DNA of 64,000 bases, taken from assembly GCA_951406725.2 (NCBI GenBank), contig OX597827.1, forward strand, positions 19,034,001 to 19,098,000, read 5' to 3'. The DNA is from Octopus vulgaris (Eukaryota). Under the pieces are notes generated by a model, which was not told the DNA's origin, searched no databases, and was given only the letters and a program-made list of their open reading frames with translations. A program made the translations under genes and the position numbers. Of the stretch, positions 16,086 to 29,079 are shown piece by piece (position 1 is the stretch's first letter; each line of letters begins with the position of its first letter).

Positions 16086-16451
16086 CTTTTTTTTTTCAGT
16101 CATAGAGTTAGATTTATGAAGGTCTTCAGTAGAAAATCCTTCGAATTCTGACTCGCTGCTTGATATAATGAAATTCGTATCCATTTTTTGTCAGAATTAC
16201 AAATTTTGAAAACACAATAGGAACAAATTTCGGAAAAAAATCTCCCATAATTCACGGAATTAAAATTACACTTCGATTTTTGTACAAAACTGTAGTTGAA
16301 GTGTATACGAAGTATAATACGTGTTTTCACGAATGTACTAAAGAGATTTGCTCTGATATTCTCATTTAAATATGAATAGGTAAATTCGGGCGGCTTGGTA
16401 ACTATATTTAAGTGTCGTCTGTTTATACATAAACACTGTTTCATACTGCAA

Positions 16452-17271
16452 TTATATATACATATATCTATATATAATATTATATAATAAAATATATACA
16501 GAGTAAAATAAAAACCAATTTACCTTTTCTGTCCGTCCGTGTGTCTTTGCAAATGTGTTGGAATGATAAGTGAGTTGAGTTTTGGCGCCTTTTTTACTAA
16601 TAACAAACACACACGTGTTTGTATGCAGTTGTATGTGTATGTAGTTGTATGTGTATGTAGTTGTATGTAGTTGTATATGTATGTGTATGCGTGTGTGTGA
16701 GGAATGACACACACACACTCACGCACGCACACATGTACATCAATGCTTTCGGAGTGATATGTTAAAATATTGAGTTTTGTCGAATTTTGTCTTAATTGGT
16801 GGTAAAATTGAAAAAAATTTTTTATGGCATCACCCACTGAAGTACTCTGAAAAATCTTAGGTAAATTCTAATTGAAGAAATTGTGTGAGGATTAAATGGT
16901 TATGTATTTATTTGTTTCTGTTTGCTGTGTTTTTTTTATTTTTTGAGTAGTGGTTTAAATACTTTCAGTTTAGTCTTGCTCAAATCACTCTGTCGCTATT
17001 TACTTTCATTTTATTCGTTGCCCACTGTGTGTGTGCGTTTGCGTGTGGTGTAAACCAGACTAAGAAAAGCATTTGACACACACACCAGAATGTGAGTTTT
17101 CTGTAAATTTTGCTTAATTGGAGTTTAAATTTTAAAAACTGGACCTGGCATGACGCGATGCATTGTACTCTTAAAAATGCTAGGTAAATTGTAATTGAAG
17201 AAATCCTATATTGTAGATTTGTATAACTCCCAAAGGGAGGCAGATAAAATCTGCCTTTTATAATAAGAGAT
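16452..17271 (+). mobile_element. Helitron-like remnant with internal diverged duplication and 3' hairpin
   Basis: Repeated ttaattgg...ggcat...gtactct...aggtaaatt..aattgaagaaa blocks (~16790, ~17113); hairpin GGCAGAT-AAA-ATCTGCC before ttttataataagagat. Confidence 0.4.
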
Positions 17272-17284
17272 GTATGTATTTATG

Positions 17285-17318
<34 letters not shown>

Positions 17319-17546
17319 CGTATGTATGTATGTATGTATGTATGTATGTATGTGTGTGTATGCAGTAAAAAATGTCAGTAGGTATATATAAAATGTGTAT
17401 TCACCTGAGTGTATGCGTGTATGTGTGTGAGAGAGAGAGAGGTGAGCTCAACCCTTTAACTCAATCTATCAGACATGCATATACAGAATTTAGCTGATAT
17501 ATAGGCGTCTTTCAACATTTTGATCAAAATCTATGTATGTATATAC

Positions 17547-17615
<69 letters not shown>

Positions 17616-17702
17616 CTTATATCTTAGATTTGTTGCTTGTTTCAGTTATTGGAGTACGGCCATACTGGGATCCGCCTTCAAGATATTAGTCAAACGAACC
17701 CA

Positions 17703-17743
<41 letters not shown>

Positions 17744-17746
<3 letters not shown>

Positions 17747-17911
17747 GGCGCAGGAGTGGCTGTGTGGTAAGTAGCTTGCTAACTAAACACATGGTTCTGG
17801 GTTCAGTCCCACTGTGTGGCACCTTGGGCAAGTGTCTTCTGCTATAGCCCCGGGCCGACCAATGCCTTGTGAGTGGATTTGGTAGACGGAAACTGAAAGA
17901 AGCCTGTCGTA

Positions 17912-17996
<85 letters not shown>

Positions 17997-18206
17997 TTGT
18001 GCGTCTGTGTTTGTCCCCCTAGCATTGCTTGACAACCGATGCTGGTGTGTTTACGTCCCCGTCACTTAGCGGTTCGGCAAAAGAGACCGATAGAATAAGT
18101 ACTGGGCTTACAAAGAATAAGTCCCGGGGTCGAGTTGCTCGACTAAAAGCGGTGCTCCAGCATGACCGCAGTCAAATGACTGAAACAAGTAAAAGAGTAA
18201 AAGAGT
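17744..18206 (+). mobile_element. SINE family A, full length
   Basis: Same head, body and tail as 14013-14437. Confidence 0.92.
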
Positions 18207-18420
18207 ATATATATATATATAAGTTCAGTAAATTTTAGATTCAGATAAATATAATACTTAAGTTAAAGGCACCAGAATTTAGTATGGTATTATCCATATA
18301 ATTCAAAATGGGGTGATTATAATCAAAATAAGCAACAATTAAATGGAGTCGCATGAAACGATCGTACTGCCTTACTTCCTGATATCCTTGTTGCTTCATT
18401 GCTGAAACTAGAATCAATCA

Positions 18421-18516
<96 letters not shown>

Positions 18517-18627
18517 ATAGAAAATTTCTATTTGTAAATCTCTCAACGAGAGACATTCAGTAACAGTACTCTAGAGTAAAGATTACTTACAAGAACTTAG
18601 TAGCACCACCTCTAGCCAAACGGTTAT

Positions 18628-18672
18628 TCTGTGTTGATGAATGCAAATAACCCAGAAATCGCGATACACAGA
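18628..18672 (+). ncRNA. Degenerate hammerhead motif in a ~300-bp element (18516-18835) homologous to 25169-25403
   Basis: TCTGTG-TTGATGA-...-CCCA-GAAAT-CGCG-ATA-CACAGA; downstream tagtgtgtc..ccagctggag..ttcctggg is shared with the reverse complement of 25235-25274. Confidence 0.55.
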
Positions 18673-18857
18673 TATTGTTTTACGCTGAGAGGGGATACTA
18701 AAGTCCGTTTTTCATAAATATAAGGACCCAGATAGTGTGTCGTATACCCAGCTGGAGACGATGTTTCCTGGGGTTAAAAAACAGTAACATTCGTCCTAAA
18801 GCAATACTGCCACGTTATGTTGATAAATAATCTTTACTCACTCTCTCTTTCTCTCTC

Positions 18858-18978
<121 letters not shown>

Positions 18979-19360
18979 TAGGCACTGGGATACTTTATTT
19001 ATTCTATTACTCGCTAAGTCACTGGGATGTAAACAGACGAACACCGGTTATCAACTTATAGTGATAGGAACAACACACACGAAGGCAGGCACACACACAC
19101 ACGCACATACATACATATATAGAAATCTGTAAAACTTTCCAGAAGTTTATCATTTTAGTACACACGAGCATGTTTAGATATGCATGTATATGCATGAGAA
19201 GACATACACAAAACGTAACATGCAAATCTGTACATATACATACATACATGCATGCAAAAATACCCTGTTGTTGGTGTTGAAATTCCAATGAAGGATCCTT
19301 GGATCTAGGTTAGAAATCGGCTCTTTCTCTATTGGCAAGAAATCTTGAAATAAAACTGAA

Positions 19361-19391
<31 letters not shown>

Positions 19392-19425
19392 CATACATAC
19401 ATACATACATACATACATACATACA

Positions 19426-19981
19426 TGGTGGCTACCCCTCGTAATCGAGTATGGCCATTGCACGAAGCTTAATCAATGTTGTTATCGTGTAATGCCTGTG
19501 CAAGAAGATTTTTTTTAAAGTGAGTCAATCCCATTCACTAAGCAACAGCAGCCATAATCCGAAAAGAAGAACATGTCAACATCATCGGTAACCACTGAGC
19601 CGCAGGTTTTATGTCGGAATTATCCCAGTTACCTGAGTTACCTTCTCCTAGAAGGATGCCCTAACAAAGGCTAGGTGTCCTTCACTCCCAGTGGTTTAAC
19701 CGAGCGATCGGGTATTCAGTCCGATTATTTCTATGTCCCCGCGCATGATACAACCTTAAGCCTTAAGAAGAAAAAAATTACACATTTATTGGATGGCCGT
19801 TGACTCCCAAGAGTTCCTCCGCCCTTTGACGGGTTTTGTTTTTCATCCCGCAGGGTGTCCAATAAACACCCTCCTCACCAAGCAAGCTTGGTGAGGTTAC
19901 CGGTTTAGTCGCCGACGACCCGACCATGCAACAGGTTGTACTGGGTTACATGTTACCAGTAGCACTCGAAAGTGACCTGAC
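19426..19981 (-). mobile_element. Bipartite non-autonomous RTE derivative (RTE 5'UTR-like part plus RTE 3' tail)
   Basis: Near-identical to 44950-45493; 3' ~45 bp shared with the RTE LINE end at 39358-39403; carries an RTE 5'UTR-like CTAGGAGAAGGTAACTC motif. Confidence 0.75.
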
Positions 19982-20049
19982 ATACATACATACATACATA
20001 CATACATACATACATACATACATACAGTCATACAAACAGACAGACAGGC

Positions 20050-20098
<49 letters not shown>

Positions 20099-21134
20099 TA
20101 GTATATAGTACTATATGCGATAAACTCTGATCCAACACGACTCTGACACGACGTCTCTTTAGATTTAAACAAAACCTATACTAATCGAGAATAATTAGTA
20201 ATTTTCTCCTCTAACTGCAATAAGTTTGCAAGATGAAGAAAAATAGAGAGAAAATGCCAAAAAAATTTAAATAATAATCTATCCATCCCCACTGAGCAAT
20301 ATTAAGTAAACTTGAAATAATTTTATTTTTTTAAATGCATTTTCTTTAAACAGCTACAATTTCATGACTGTTATGCCATTTAAAATGGCGCATCTTCCAT
20401 TTTCATTCGTCACACGATAGATCGCCTGGCAGACGATAGATCGCTTAGCTGACGTGCTTTCTGTGTTTGATTAAGAAGCTGAGAAGAGAAGTCAGGTCCC
20501 CATCAACTCAAATGCTCTTTCTGTCTCTATTTTCTTTTCTTTTCTTTTTCTCTCTTTCTCTCTCTCTTTCTCTCTTTGTCTCTTCCTGCATATGTGTGTA
20601 TTTGAAGGAGTATGTTTGTGTGTATTTGTATCTGTCTGCCTTTAAGTGTATGTATGCGTGTGAAGACGAAACAGCATCCTTTAATGAATTAAGCAAACGT
20701 GTTTGAAGAGTTTAAATCATCGTAACACATCGCAGATAGAAAGCTAAGATGGCGGGCGACATATTATCGTTTTTGCGAAGCGATTCAGAGGAGTCGGAGG
20801 TCAGTTGTAACTAGTGTGAAAGCATTCACAGCGAGAGAGAGAAGTAGAGGGTGAGGGGAGAGAGAAAGAAAGAGAGAGCAGGATAGACAGAGAGACTAAG
20901 AGCTGAAGAAACAAGTGATTATAAGAAAGAAATACAAAAAGAGCGGGGGAGAGAGAGCGAGAGGGAGAGAGAGAGAATTAACTACTACAAATATACTGAG
21001 TATTGTTTAGCTGTTGTAGTTGTCTTTCAGATGTATTAAATAGTTGTTTCATTAGTAAGAGACGCCAAAAAAACTAAAACATCTGTTCATAAATCATATT
21101 GGTGCCGTCATTGTCGTCGTCGTCGTCGTCGTCT

Positions 21135-21177
<43 letters not shown>

Positions 21178-21318
21178 TGTTGTTTTTTCTGTTTTGTCAT
21201 ATTTTTATTTCACTGAAAATGCTGAAGAAACCGGAATTCGGTTTAAATATTTATATACGTGTGTGTGTGTGTGTGTATATATGGTATGACATGATATTTT
21301 ATATATATATAGGTATAA

Positions 21319-21540
21319 AAGGCGGCGAGCTGGCAGAAACGTTAGCACGCCGGGCGAAATACGTAGCCGTATTTCGTTGTGTGTTCAAATTCCGCCGAGG
21401 TCGACTTTGCCTTTCATCCTTTCGGGGTCGATAAATTAAGTACCAGTTTCGCACTGGGGTCGATGTAATCGACTCAATCCCTTTGTCTGTCCTTGTTTGT
21501 CCCCCTCTATGTTTAGCCCCTTGTGGGCAATAAAGAAATA
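21319..21540 (+). mobile_element. SINE family B, full length; diverged copies follow to ~21950
   Basis: aggcggcgagctggcagaaacgttagc head, GTTCAAATTCC B box, gccgaggtcgactttgcctttcatcctttcggggtcgataaattaagtaccag core. Confidence 0.9.
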
Positions 21541-22081
21541 TATATATATAAGTATGTAAAATAGTGAGCTAGCAGAATCGTTAGCACGCCGGAAAAAAAT
21601 GCTCAGTGACATTTCATCTGTCCAAGCGTACTGAGTTCAAATGCTGCCGAGGTCGACTTAGCTTTTCATCGTTTCGGGTCGATAAAATAAGTAGGAGTCG
21701 AGTGGTGGAGTCGATGTAACCTTCTAGTTCACTCCAGTCAAAATTCCAGGCCTTGTGACTGTAGCAGAAAGGGTTATTAAAGACAGTGAGCAGAAAAAAT
21801 GTTTAGCTACATTTCGTCCGTTCCTACGTTCTGAGATCAAATGTTGCTCTGGTTGACATTGAATTTTATCCTTCCGATGAAATAGTCGCAGTCGAAGACT
21901 GGGGTCGATATGATCGACTTATCTACTACCTTACAATTGCTGGCTTTCTATCGTCCAGGCGGAGTGTTGTGATTTCGAGTAACCAGCCCCATGATTTCTT
22001 GGTTTACTTATAATGGCTCATTTCGTTAACATTTCGATTTGTGATTACAGAACTACGTTTCTGCTGAGTAAATCCAATGAC

Positions 22082-22182
22082 TACGAGAGGGTGCTAAAAA
22101 TCTCCTGGCTTTGGGTAAAAGAAAATATAGGAGGCTCAGTTAATTTTATTGAACACATTCCCCTCTCAGATTCTCACACTTT
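22082..22182 (+). mobile_element. Mariner-type terminal fragment
   Basis: TA-CGAGAGGGTGCTAAAAATCTCCTGGCT resembles mariner TIR starts (TACGAGGG...AAAAGT); no partner TIR seen. Confidence 0.4.
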
Positions 22183-22189
22183 TATCGCA

Positions 22190-23050
22190 GCGGCCTGAGT
22201 CTCAAAGTCATCGTTGTCACTGCAGAGGCTGCACAGACGTAGGAGTTGAGAGTAGGGGATGGAGAGCTTGGTGTGGGTAGGGTGGAAGGAGGAGAAGTTG
22301 AGGTATGAATGCAAGTTGGTGTGTTTGTAGGGGATGGACGTAGTGAGAGCAGAGTTGCGTATATTGACCGAAATGTCGAGATAGGCGACCGATGTGTTGG
22401 AAATAGTGCAAGAGAATTCGAGGATAGGATGGAAGGATTGGAAAAAAGAGAGGAAGAAGTCTAGTTGTTCGCGGGAGAGCGAGGTCGCACCGATGCAGTC
22501 ATAAATATAACGACCGTATAGTTCGGGAGTGGGACCAGTGAATCTTGAAAATATTTGGGCTTCAACGTAGCCAACGAACAGGTTCGCATAGTTGGAGCCC
22601 ATCTTCGTTCCCATGGCCACTCCCGAGAACTGTTGCTAAAACTCACCCGCGAACGAGAAGCAGTTGAGGGAGAACAAGTAAGGCCAGACGAAATGTGGAC
22701 AGGTCAGACTGGGGGTTGTGTCGAAGATTTGGGAAGTGTTTGAGGGCAAGAAGTTGTGTGGGATCAACGTATATAGACTCTTGATATCGAGAGTGAAGAG
22801 AAGTTTAGAGAGGCCAGGAGGAGACGAGAACGAGTTGAAAGGACGGAGAGCATGGTTTGTGTCGGGATGTGGTAGAGAAGAGAAGCCACTAGGGGATCAA
22901 GAACACGGTCGAAGTATTTCGAGATCAGTTCCGTGGGGCAATTACAGGTGGAGAGGATTGGACGGCCAGGGTTGTTGGGCTTGTGGATTTTAAGGAAGAA
23001 AGTAAATGCTGAGGGTGCATTGAGTGCGCACAATGAGGTTGGAGGCGGTG
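22190..23050 (-). pseudogene. Penelope-like element reverse transcriptase remnant (frameshifted, catalytic motif mutated)
   Basis: [12 protein letters not shown]...CPTELISKY (ORF 22764..23279); AMGTKMGSNYANLF, YGRYIYD (from YIDD), AYLD, YKHT..HSYL..SSFHP, SIPYSQLLRL (ORF 22174..22620) are PLE RT/thumb motifs. Confidence 0.88.
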
Positions 23051-23071
23051 GGAGATACATACATACATACA

Positions 23072-23149
<78 letters not shown>

Positions 23150-23195
23150 TCGATTCGTTCGCTTCGTTCCGTTTCTTATTCTCCCAGTACTGTTT

Positions 23196-23264
<69 letters not shown>

Positions 23265-23270
<6 letters not shown>

Positions 23271-23920
23271 TGTGTACATTAAAACACATTAAGAAGCTTC
23301 CAAATAGGAAAGCCTTGTGCTAGAAATAACAGTAGAAAACTAAAACTACTAATTAGAGATAAATTCACGAAAGGAATGAAAATTAAAAACATTTACCATC
23401 TAATTTAGTTCCTAGACCATGGTTTCTGACTAGTTTCAGTAAAAAAATATTTTGATAAAGTTGTTCAAAATTTTACCGGCATCTTCTCTGTCGCCGGAAA
23501 TAAACTGCATCTGCGCAGTGGATTTGAAAAGTTAGAATATGCAGGCAACTAGTTTTACATGCAGATCTCATTGTGTGTATATTTAAAATCTAAAGGCTAC
23601 CTACTGATGAAGACTGACCTCAGTAAATATTTTTTTTTACTGAAACTACTCAGAAACCATGGTCTAGCAACTAAATTAGATGATAAATGTTTTTAATTTT
23701 CATTCCTTTCGAGAATTTATCCCTAATTAGTGGTTTGAGTTTTCTACTGCTCTTTCTAGCACAAGGCTTTCCTGTTTGGAAGCCTCTTAATGTGTTTTAA
23801 TGTACACGATATTTTTATGTGAATAATATATAGTCTATCGACAAATTTTTTTTGTGCTAGGCCACTAGTAATAATAATTTCTTATAGTCCTTATTACCCT
23901 AATATTATTCATGTTTAAAT
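23265..23920. mobile_element. Non-coding element with ~188-bp inverted arms (23265-23452 / 23625-23812), PLE pLTR-like
   Basis: Arms are near-identical reverse complements; flanked by (TA)n; contains a hammerhead motif. Confidence 0.75.
23601..23667 (+). ncRNA. Hammerhead ribozyme motif
   Basis: CTA-CTGATGA-A-GACT..TCAGTAAA..TTTACTGA..ACTC-A-GAAAC-CATG-GTC-TAG; the inverted arm retains AGTC and TAGG, which pair better. Confidence 0.7.
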
Positions 23921-23921
23921 A

Positions 23922-23967
<46 letters not shown>

Positions 23968-23996
23968 AGCATAAATATATATATATATATTTAAAC

Positions 23997-24037
<41 letters not shown>

Positions 24038-24196
24038 AACATAAATATATATATATATATGTATGTATATATATATATACATACATATATATATGTATAC
24101 AACTATGTATACATACATTTACGTATATGTACATATATATATATATACATATGCATATATATATACATATACATTTATATATAGATATACATATTC

Positions 24197-24227
<31 letters not shown>

Positions 24228-24333
24228 CATATACATATATATATATATACATACATACACATATATACATATATATGCATATATATATACATGTCCTATG
24301 CATATGTATATATGCATGTGTTTTGTATGTATG

Positions 24334-24367
<34 letters not shown>

Positions 24368-24902
24368 TGTATGTATGTATGTATGTATGTATGAATATGT
24401 ATTTCGATGCTTAATCTTTTCCTATATTCGGTGGTCAGAATGCGGCCAAAGCGATTTTGGACGACCTCAATACTTTAATAAGTACTTATTTTGACGATCA
24501 CTATTGATCGGGAAAGTAGTCGCACCTATGGAGCGTTACTCGGTGGACTAAATAAGGAAAGTGTGTGTGTGTGTGTGTGTGTGTGTTTATTCGCCTGTGT
24601 ATGTGCGTGTGAGCGAATCGATGTATCTACTTCCGGGTACTGCTTGGAGGCAAATCCTCACTGATGCACACCAACACACCGACGCATGCGCACACACTGA
24701 CAGACACACACGTAGACACATACACATACATACAGATACACATGCACACACAAACACATACATGGACACAAAGACGCGCGCACACACACACACACACACT
24801 CACACATGCTAATATCGAACAGTGAAAATTAGTGCTCAATACCATATTGGTGGATAAATATTCTTTATTTGTGGGTAAACAAAGCTACCACTTGTTTCAT
24901 AT

Positions 24903-25170
<268 letters not shown>

Positions 25171-25332
25171 TGACGCATATTTGCCATTAGAATATGGCTA
25201 ACCCCTAAGGGTGGATGCTACTGCAGTTTGTAGCCCAGGAAGATATCTCCTCCAGCTGGCTATAGACACACTACCCATGCCCTATCAGTATTTGTGAAGG
25301 GAAGTCATCCTTCCCGTCTTCAACTTATGATA

Positions 25333-25377
25333 CACACGGACTCGAGTTTCAAGGTGTTTACCTTTCATCAGCGTGTG
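25333..25377 (-). ncRNA. Canonical minimal type-I hammerhead ribozyme within a ~235-bp element (25169-25403)
   Basis: Minus strand reads CACACG-CTGATGA-AAGGT-AAAC-ACCTT-GAAAC-TCGA-GTC-CGTGTG: intact core, 6-bp stem I, 5-bp stem II, palindromic stem III, GUC cleavage triplet. Confidence 0.88.
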
Positions 25378-25424
25378 ACAATCATAGTTGTCGACGTGAA
25401 TTGATATATATATATATGCACATG

Positions 25425-26271
25425 CAGGGTGTGATGGATAATTGTCGCCTTTCATATATTTCACGTCGCACATGCTCATTCTTTGGTTTTGATTTTGTCG
25501 ACTACACAGTATAGTAGGGTCAGTTGGGTGCTGTCTGTGAGTAAAACAGCACCACGACGCATTTCACTCGGCCAGAAATTTGGAAACAACATGCTGTACT
25601 GCTTGGCAATCGTGCCGGAAGTTCCAATACGAACATTTCAGGACATGTACCGAGAGTGATTAAAATCGAACATCCGGTCAACATCATGGTGTTTGGTGTG
25701 ATCACTAGTGATGCTGACGTTATGCCGCCATTCATCTTCTCACACAGCTTCAGACTCAACAAGGAGGCCTACATCTAGTGCCTGGAGGAGGTAGTGTTGC
25801 CTTAGGTCAAGAGGGTGGCTGCTGGAAGACCCTATGTCTGGCAACAAGATTCTGCGCCATGCCACAGGACTCTGCACCGTGCTACACAAGCAGGAGAAAT
25901 CAGTCATGGCTGTCAAACAATTTCTGCGACCACACCACCCCTAACATCTGGCCACCTAACTCCCCAGACAGCAACCCCCTTGATTATTATGTGTGGGGTG
26001 AAGTTGAGTAAAAGATCAACAAAACTCATTGTAACACCAAAGATGAACTGAAGGCAAAGATTATGGCGACCATCACCAACTTAAACAGGGAAACGATCCA
26101 GAAGAGTTGCAGGAGATTCTGAAGTTGTCTGGAGACCGTGGTTGAAGCCAATGGGGATTTTATTGAATAAATTTACTCTTTAATAATTCATGATATTATT
26201 ATGTAATTTTGGTGAATATATCTGTTAAAATGAGATGTCAGTGATATTTTCATTTTTGCGTAATTTAGACG

Positions 26272-26276
<5 letters not shown>
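25425..26276 (+). mobile_element. Tc1/mariner maT-type (DD37D) transposon, internally deleted
   Basis: Left end CAGGGTGTGATGGATAATTGTCGCC; transposase remnants IMVFGVITSD, GRPYVWQQDSAPCH, WPPNSPDSNPLDYYVW with 37 residues between D2 and D3; right TIR truncated by (TA)n. Confidence 0.85.
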
Positions 26277-26332
<56 letters not shown>

Positions 26333-26334
<2 letters not shown>

Positions 26335-28900
26335 GGCAAATAAGAAAACGGCTTGGCTGCAGGCACCAGTGACACTTGGGGGGACGTCCCTCAAGTATCA
26401 TCGAATACCTGCAGCCAGCCATTTAAAAAAATCTGGAAAAACTAGATCTGTTGCGGCCGATTGGGTCCACAGGGTCAAAATCGCTTTTGACCCTTCCCAA
26501 TCGACCGCCAGCAATACCCTTACATTTAAGAGCTTGGACCCGCTATCCCCCAGTCCCCGTCGGATGATATTGTTGCGCCGCACGCAGGCTTACGATGCCC
26601 CCCACCAAGGGTCTTCACACAAACAGCCCGCGGTTTGCTGGCCCAGAGAAGCTCGCGTGCGACGACGCTCAGTAAATCAGAAACCCAGTCCGGACAGGGA
26701 AGCAACGAAACGCAGCCAGTGGAGTCAACAACAACAACAAAAATAACACACAAGCGTTGCGTTGTCAAAGTAATTTTTTTTAACAAAACATTCAACAACT
26801 TTGGAAAGTTTTTTTTTTCTTCTTTCCTTGGTTCCTTTAAAAAAACACATTTAGCATTTAACAACGCAAAGTTCTTCTTTTTTAAACACAAAGTTCGTTC
26901 CTCAAAACATTTAACACAGACCTTTTGCTTCTCTTTTTTTTTCTTTTCTTTTCTTTTAAAAGCACAGTCAACAACTCTGTTCTTTTTTTTTCTTTCTCTT
27001 CCTCCGAAGAAACACATTTAACAACAAAGTTCTTTTTTTCGTCTTTTCTTTTCAAACAGTTAACGTCAAAGTTTTTCTCTTTCTTTTTCTTAAAACATTT
27101 AACAACACAAAGTTATCTCTTTTTAAAAAAAAACATTTAACATCAAAGTTCGTTCCCTTTTAAAACATACGAAAAAACATTTACCGGTTAACATTTTACA
27201 GCAGTATCCCACTAATTCACTTGCCTGGTCGTTCAGTTGACCGTCTCCCGCTCCATGTATCTCTCTCTGCCCCCTTTCTGTCAGACCACGTCTGCTCCTT
27301 GTCCGGTGTTTCTCTGACTGCCTCGCAACTCAGCGCTACCCGTATATATGAGGCCGTCCAGCAGAAAGAGAAACATACCGTACGTAGCAGTGCGCGTTTC
27401 CCTTCCCCAAATTTTGTCTTCTTTAAACTCTCTGTGACCGTAGAGGGCCAGAGATTAAGTGCCTACAGCCATAAACGTCCGTGCTCCTTGACAGGACAAA
27501 GGAAATGCCACCGACCTGAACAACTGGAACACCATTTCGATCCCAGCTAATGGAAAAAGGGACATAATGTTTTTTTTTGTTCGTCTTCATTTTTTTTGCG
27601 TTCGCATCAGTATCTTCAATCCAACCTGCTTCGGTTCCTGGGGGTACCCACATACCCAGGCTCTTTTAATTTCCTCCCGCAGTACGACGGAGGGAACAGA
27701 ATTTCGTTGCCCTCTAAGAGCTGACTCGCAAAATTGTGAGCCTTTTCCCGGTTGTCAAACAGCAACAATACGGTTGCATGTTTGACACCACGGGATATGT
27801 ATTTCACAGAGGGCAAATAGTCTTTCAGTTCATTTTCTATAACTGGTTTTGGGAAGACGATGATGGAATCAAGAACTTTAGAATAAGTTCTAACTACCAG
27901 CGTTCTCTCCTCCATATCTTTTAACCACTGCTTGGGTGGGACAATCTCCCACTCCTAAGCAGCGGCACCATTCTTTATCGCCATAAGGAAGAAAGTTCAA
28001 ATGTCCACAAAAATAGAAATACACTAGAAAGAAAAAAAAAGTCCGAACGAAAATATATAGTAAAAAATAAGACAAAATAAAACAAAAAGGACATTTCAAA
28101 AAATAGAAGGAAAAACACGGAAGAAATAAAAATATGGTTCCAAATGGCAACTACACAAACCGGCCACAGGTACTCCTGGCCCTCTTCTTTGGCTGGTACT
28201 CCGAGCTGGAATCTTAAATCCACAGAAAACGAATCTTCACCACAATGGGCCACAAAAATTTTCAATGACTGGAACAAACTTAGGAAAATCGACCGTATCT
28301 CGAGGCCTAAGTCTTTCCAATACAAATCCGGCACTGCACCCACCATTCCGAGCCTAGTATGAAATGAAAATATCTTATATCGCCAAAAGTTGACACTAAG
28401 GCACATAAGTCAGAAATCCTGGTCTCTTTGATAGCTATTACATCCAAAATCAGTCACATAAAGTCTTGGAGCAGGTGTCCCTGCATCTAGACTGTCCCCA
28501 CTCTCGGCTACAAGTATTTATATCACTCCCAGAGCTGCCATGCTGGTCGGAAGATAAAGGCGAGTAAAGGAAACGGGTTACTAACACATTTGCTGGTCAT
28601 GGATCCCGAGTGACTCGGTCTCCATGAAGTTTTGAATTTCCCTTGAGAAACCCTTTAATTGCCTACTACTGGCCCCTACTTCGGACTTCACACACCATTG
28701 AGGGAATTCTTTTTTCATTATTTCATATGTCCCCAAATTCAGCTTTATTGAACTTCAAATTTTCGTTACTTTGAAAATGCTAGGCCTGAAGACCTTTCCC
28801 TGTGCTTCAACGCTTTCGTTTTTATCTCTAATAGGGATATCAGTATTTTATTTATGTGTCTTATCAGGACAAAGTTTGAGGTGGGAGTGTTTTATTGAGG
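26333..28900 (-). mobile_element. Tx1/L1-like LINE remnants (ORF1-like pieces and possible ORF2 C-terminus)
   Basis: EGRPPKCHWCLQPS (decayed zinc knuckle, 26225..26422); MEERTLVVRTY...PSYCGRKL (27616..27915) resembles a gag-like ORF1 N-terminus; multiple stops and frameshifts. Confidence 0.5.
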
Positions 28901-29079
28901 CTGTGTTTGCGTATCAGTCTATATATTTCCTTTTTGTTGAGGTAAGTGTTATTGTTGTTGGTGGTAGCAATAGGTTTGTGGATGCGGATGTGTTTGGCGT
29001 GAGTGTGGTTTCAGTGATGCTGTCGTAGTAGTGTGGCTCGTTCAGAGCGGTTGTAAAATAAAAGAAAACAAAAGTAAAG

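Noticed and set aside
18266-18373. Hammerhead half GAAAC-GATC-GTA-CTGCCTT with upstream AAGGCA
   Set aside because: No recognisable CUGANGA after the putative stem I; possibly a decayed copy but unsupported
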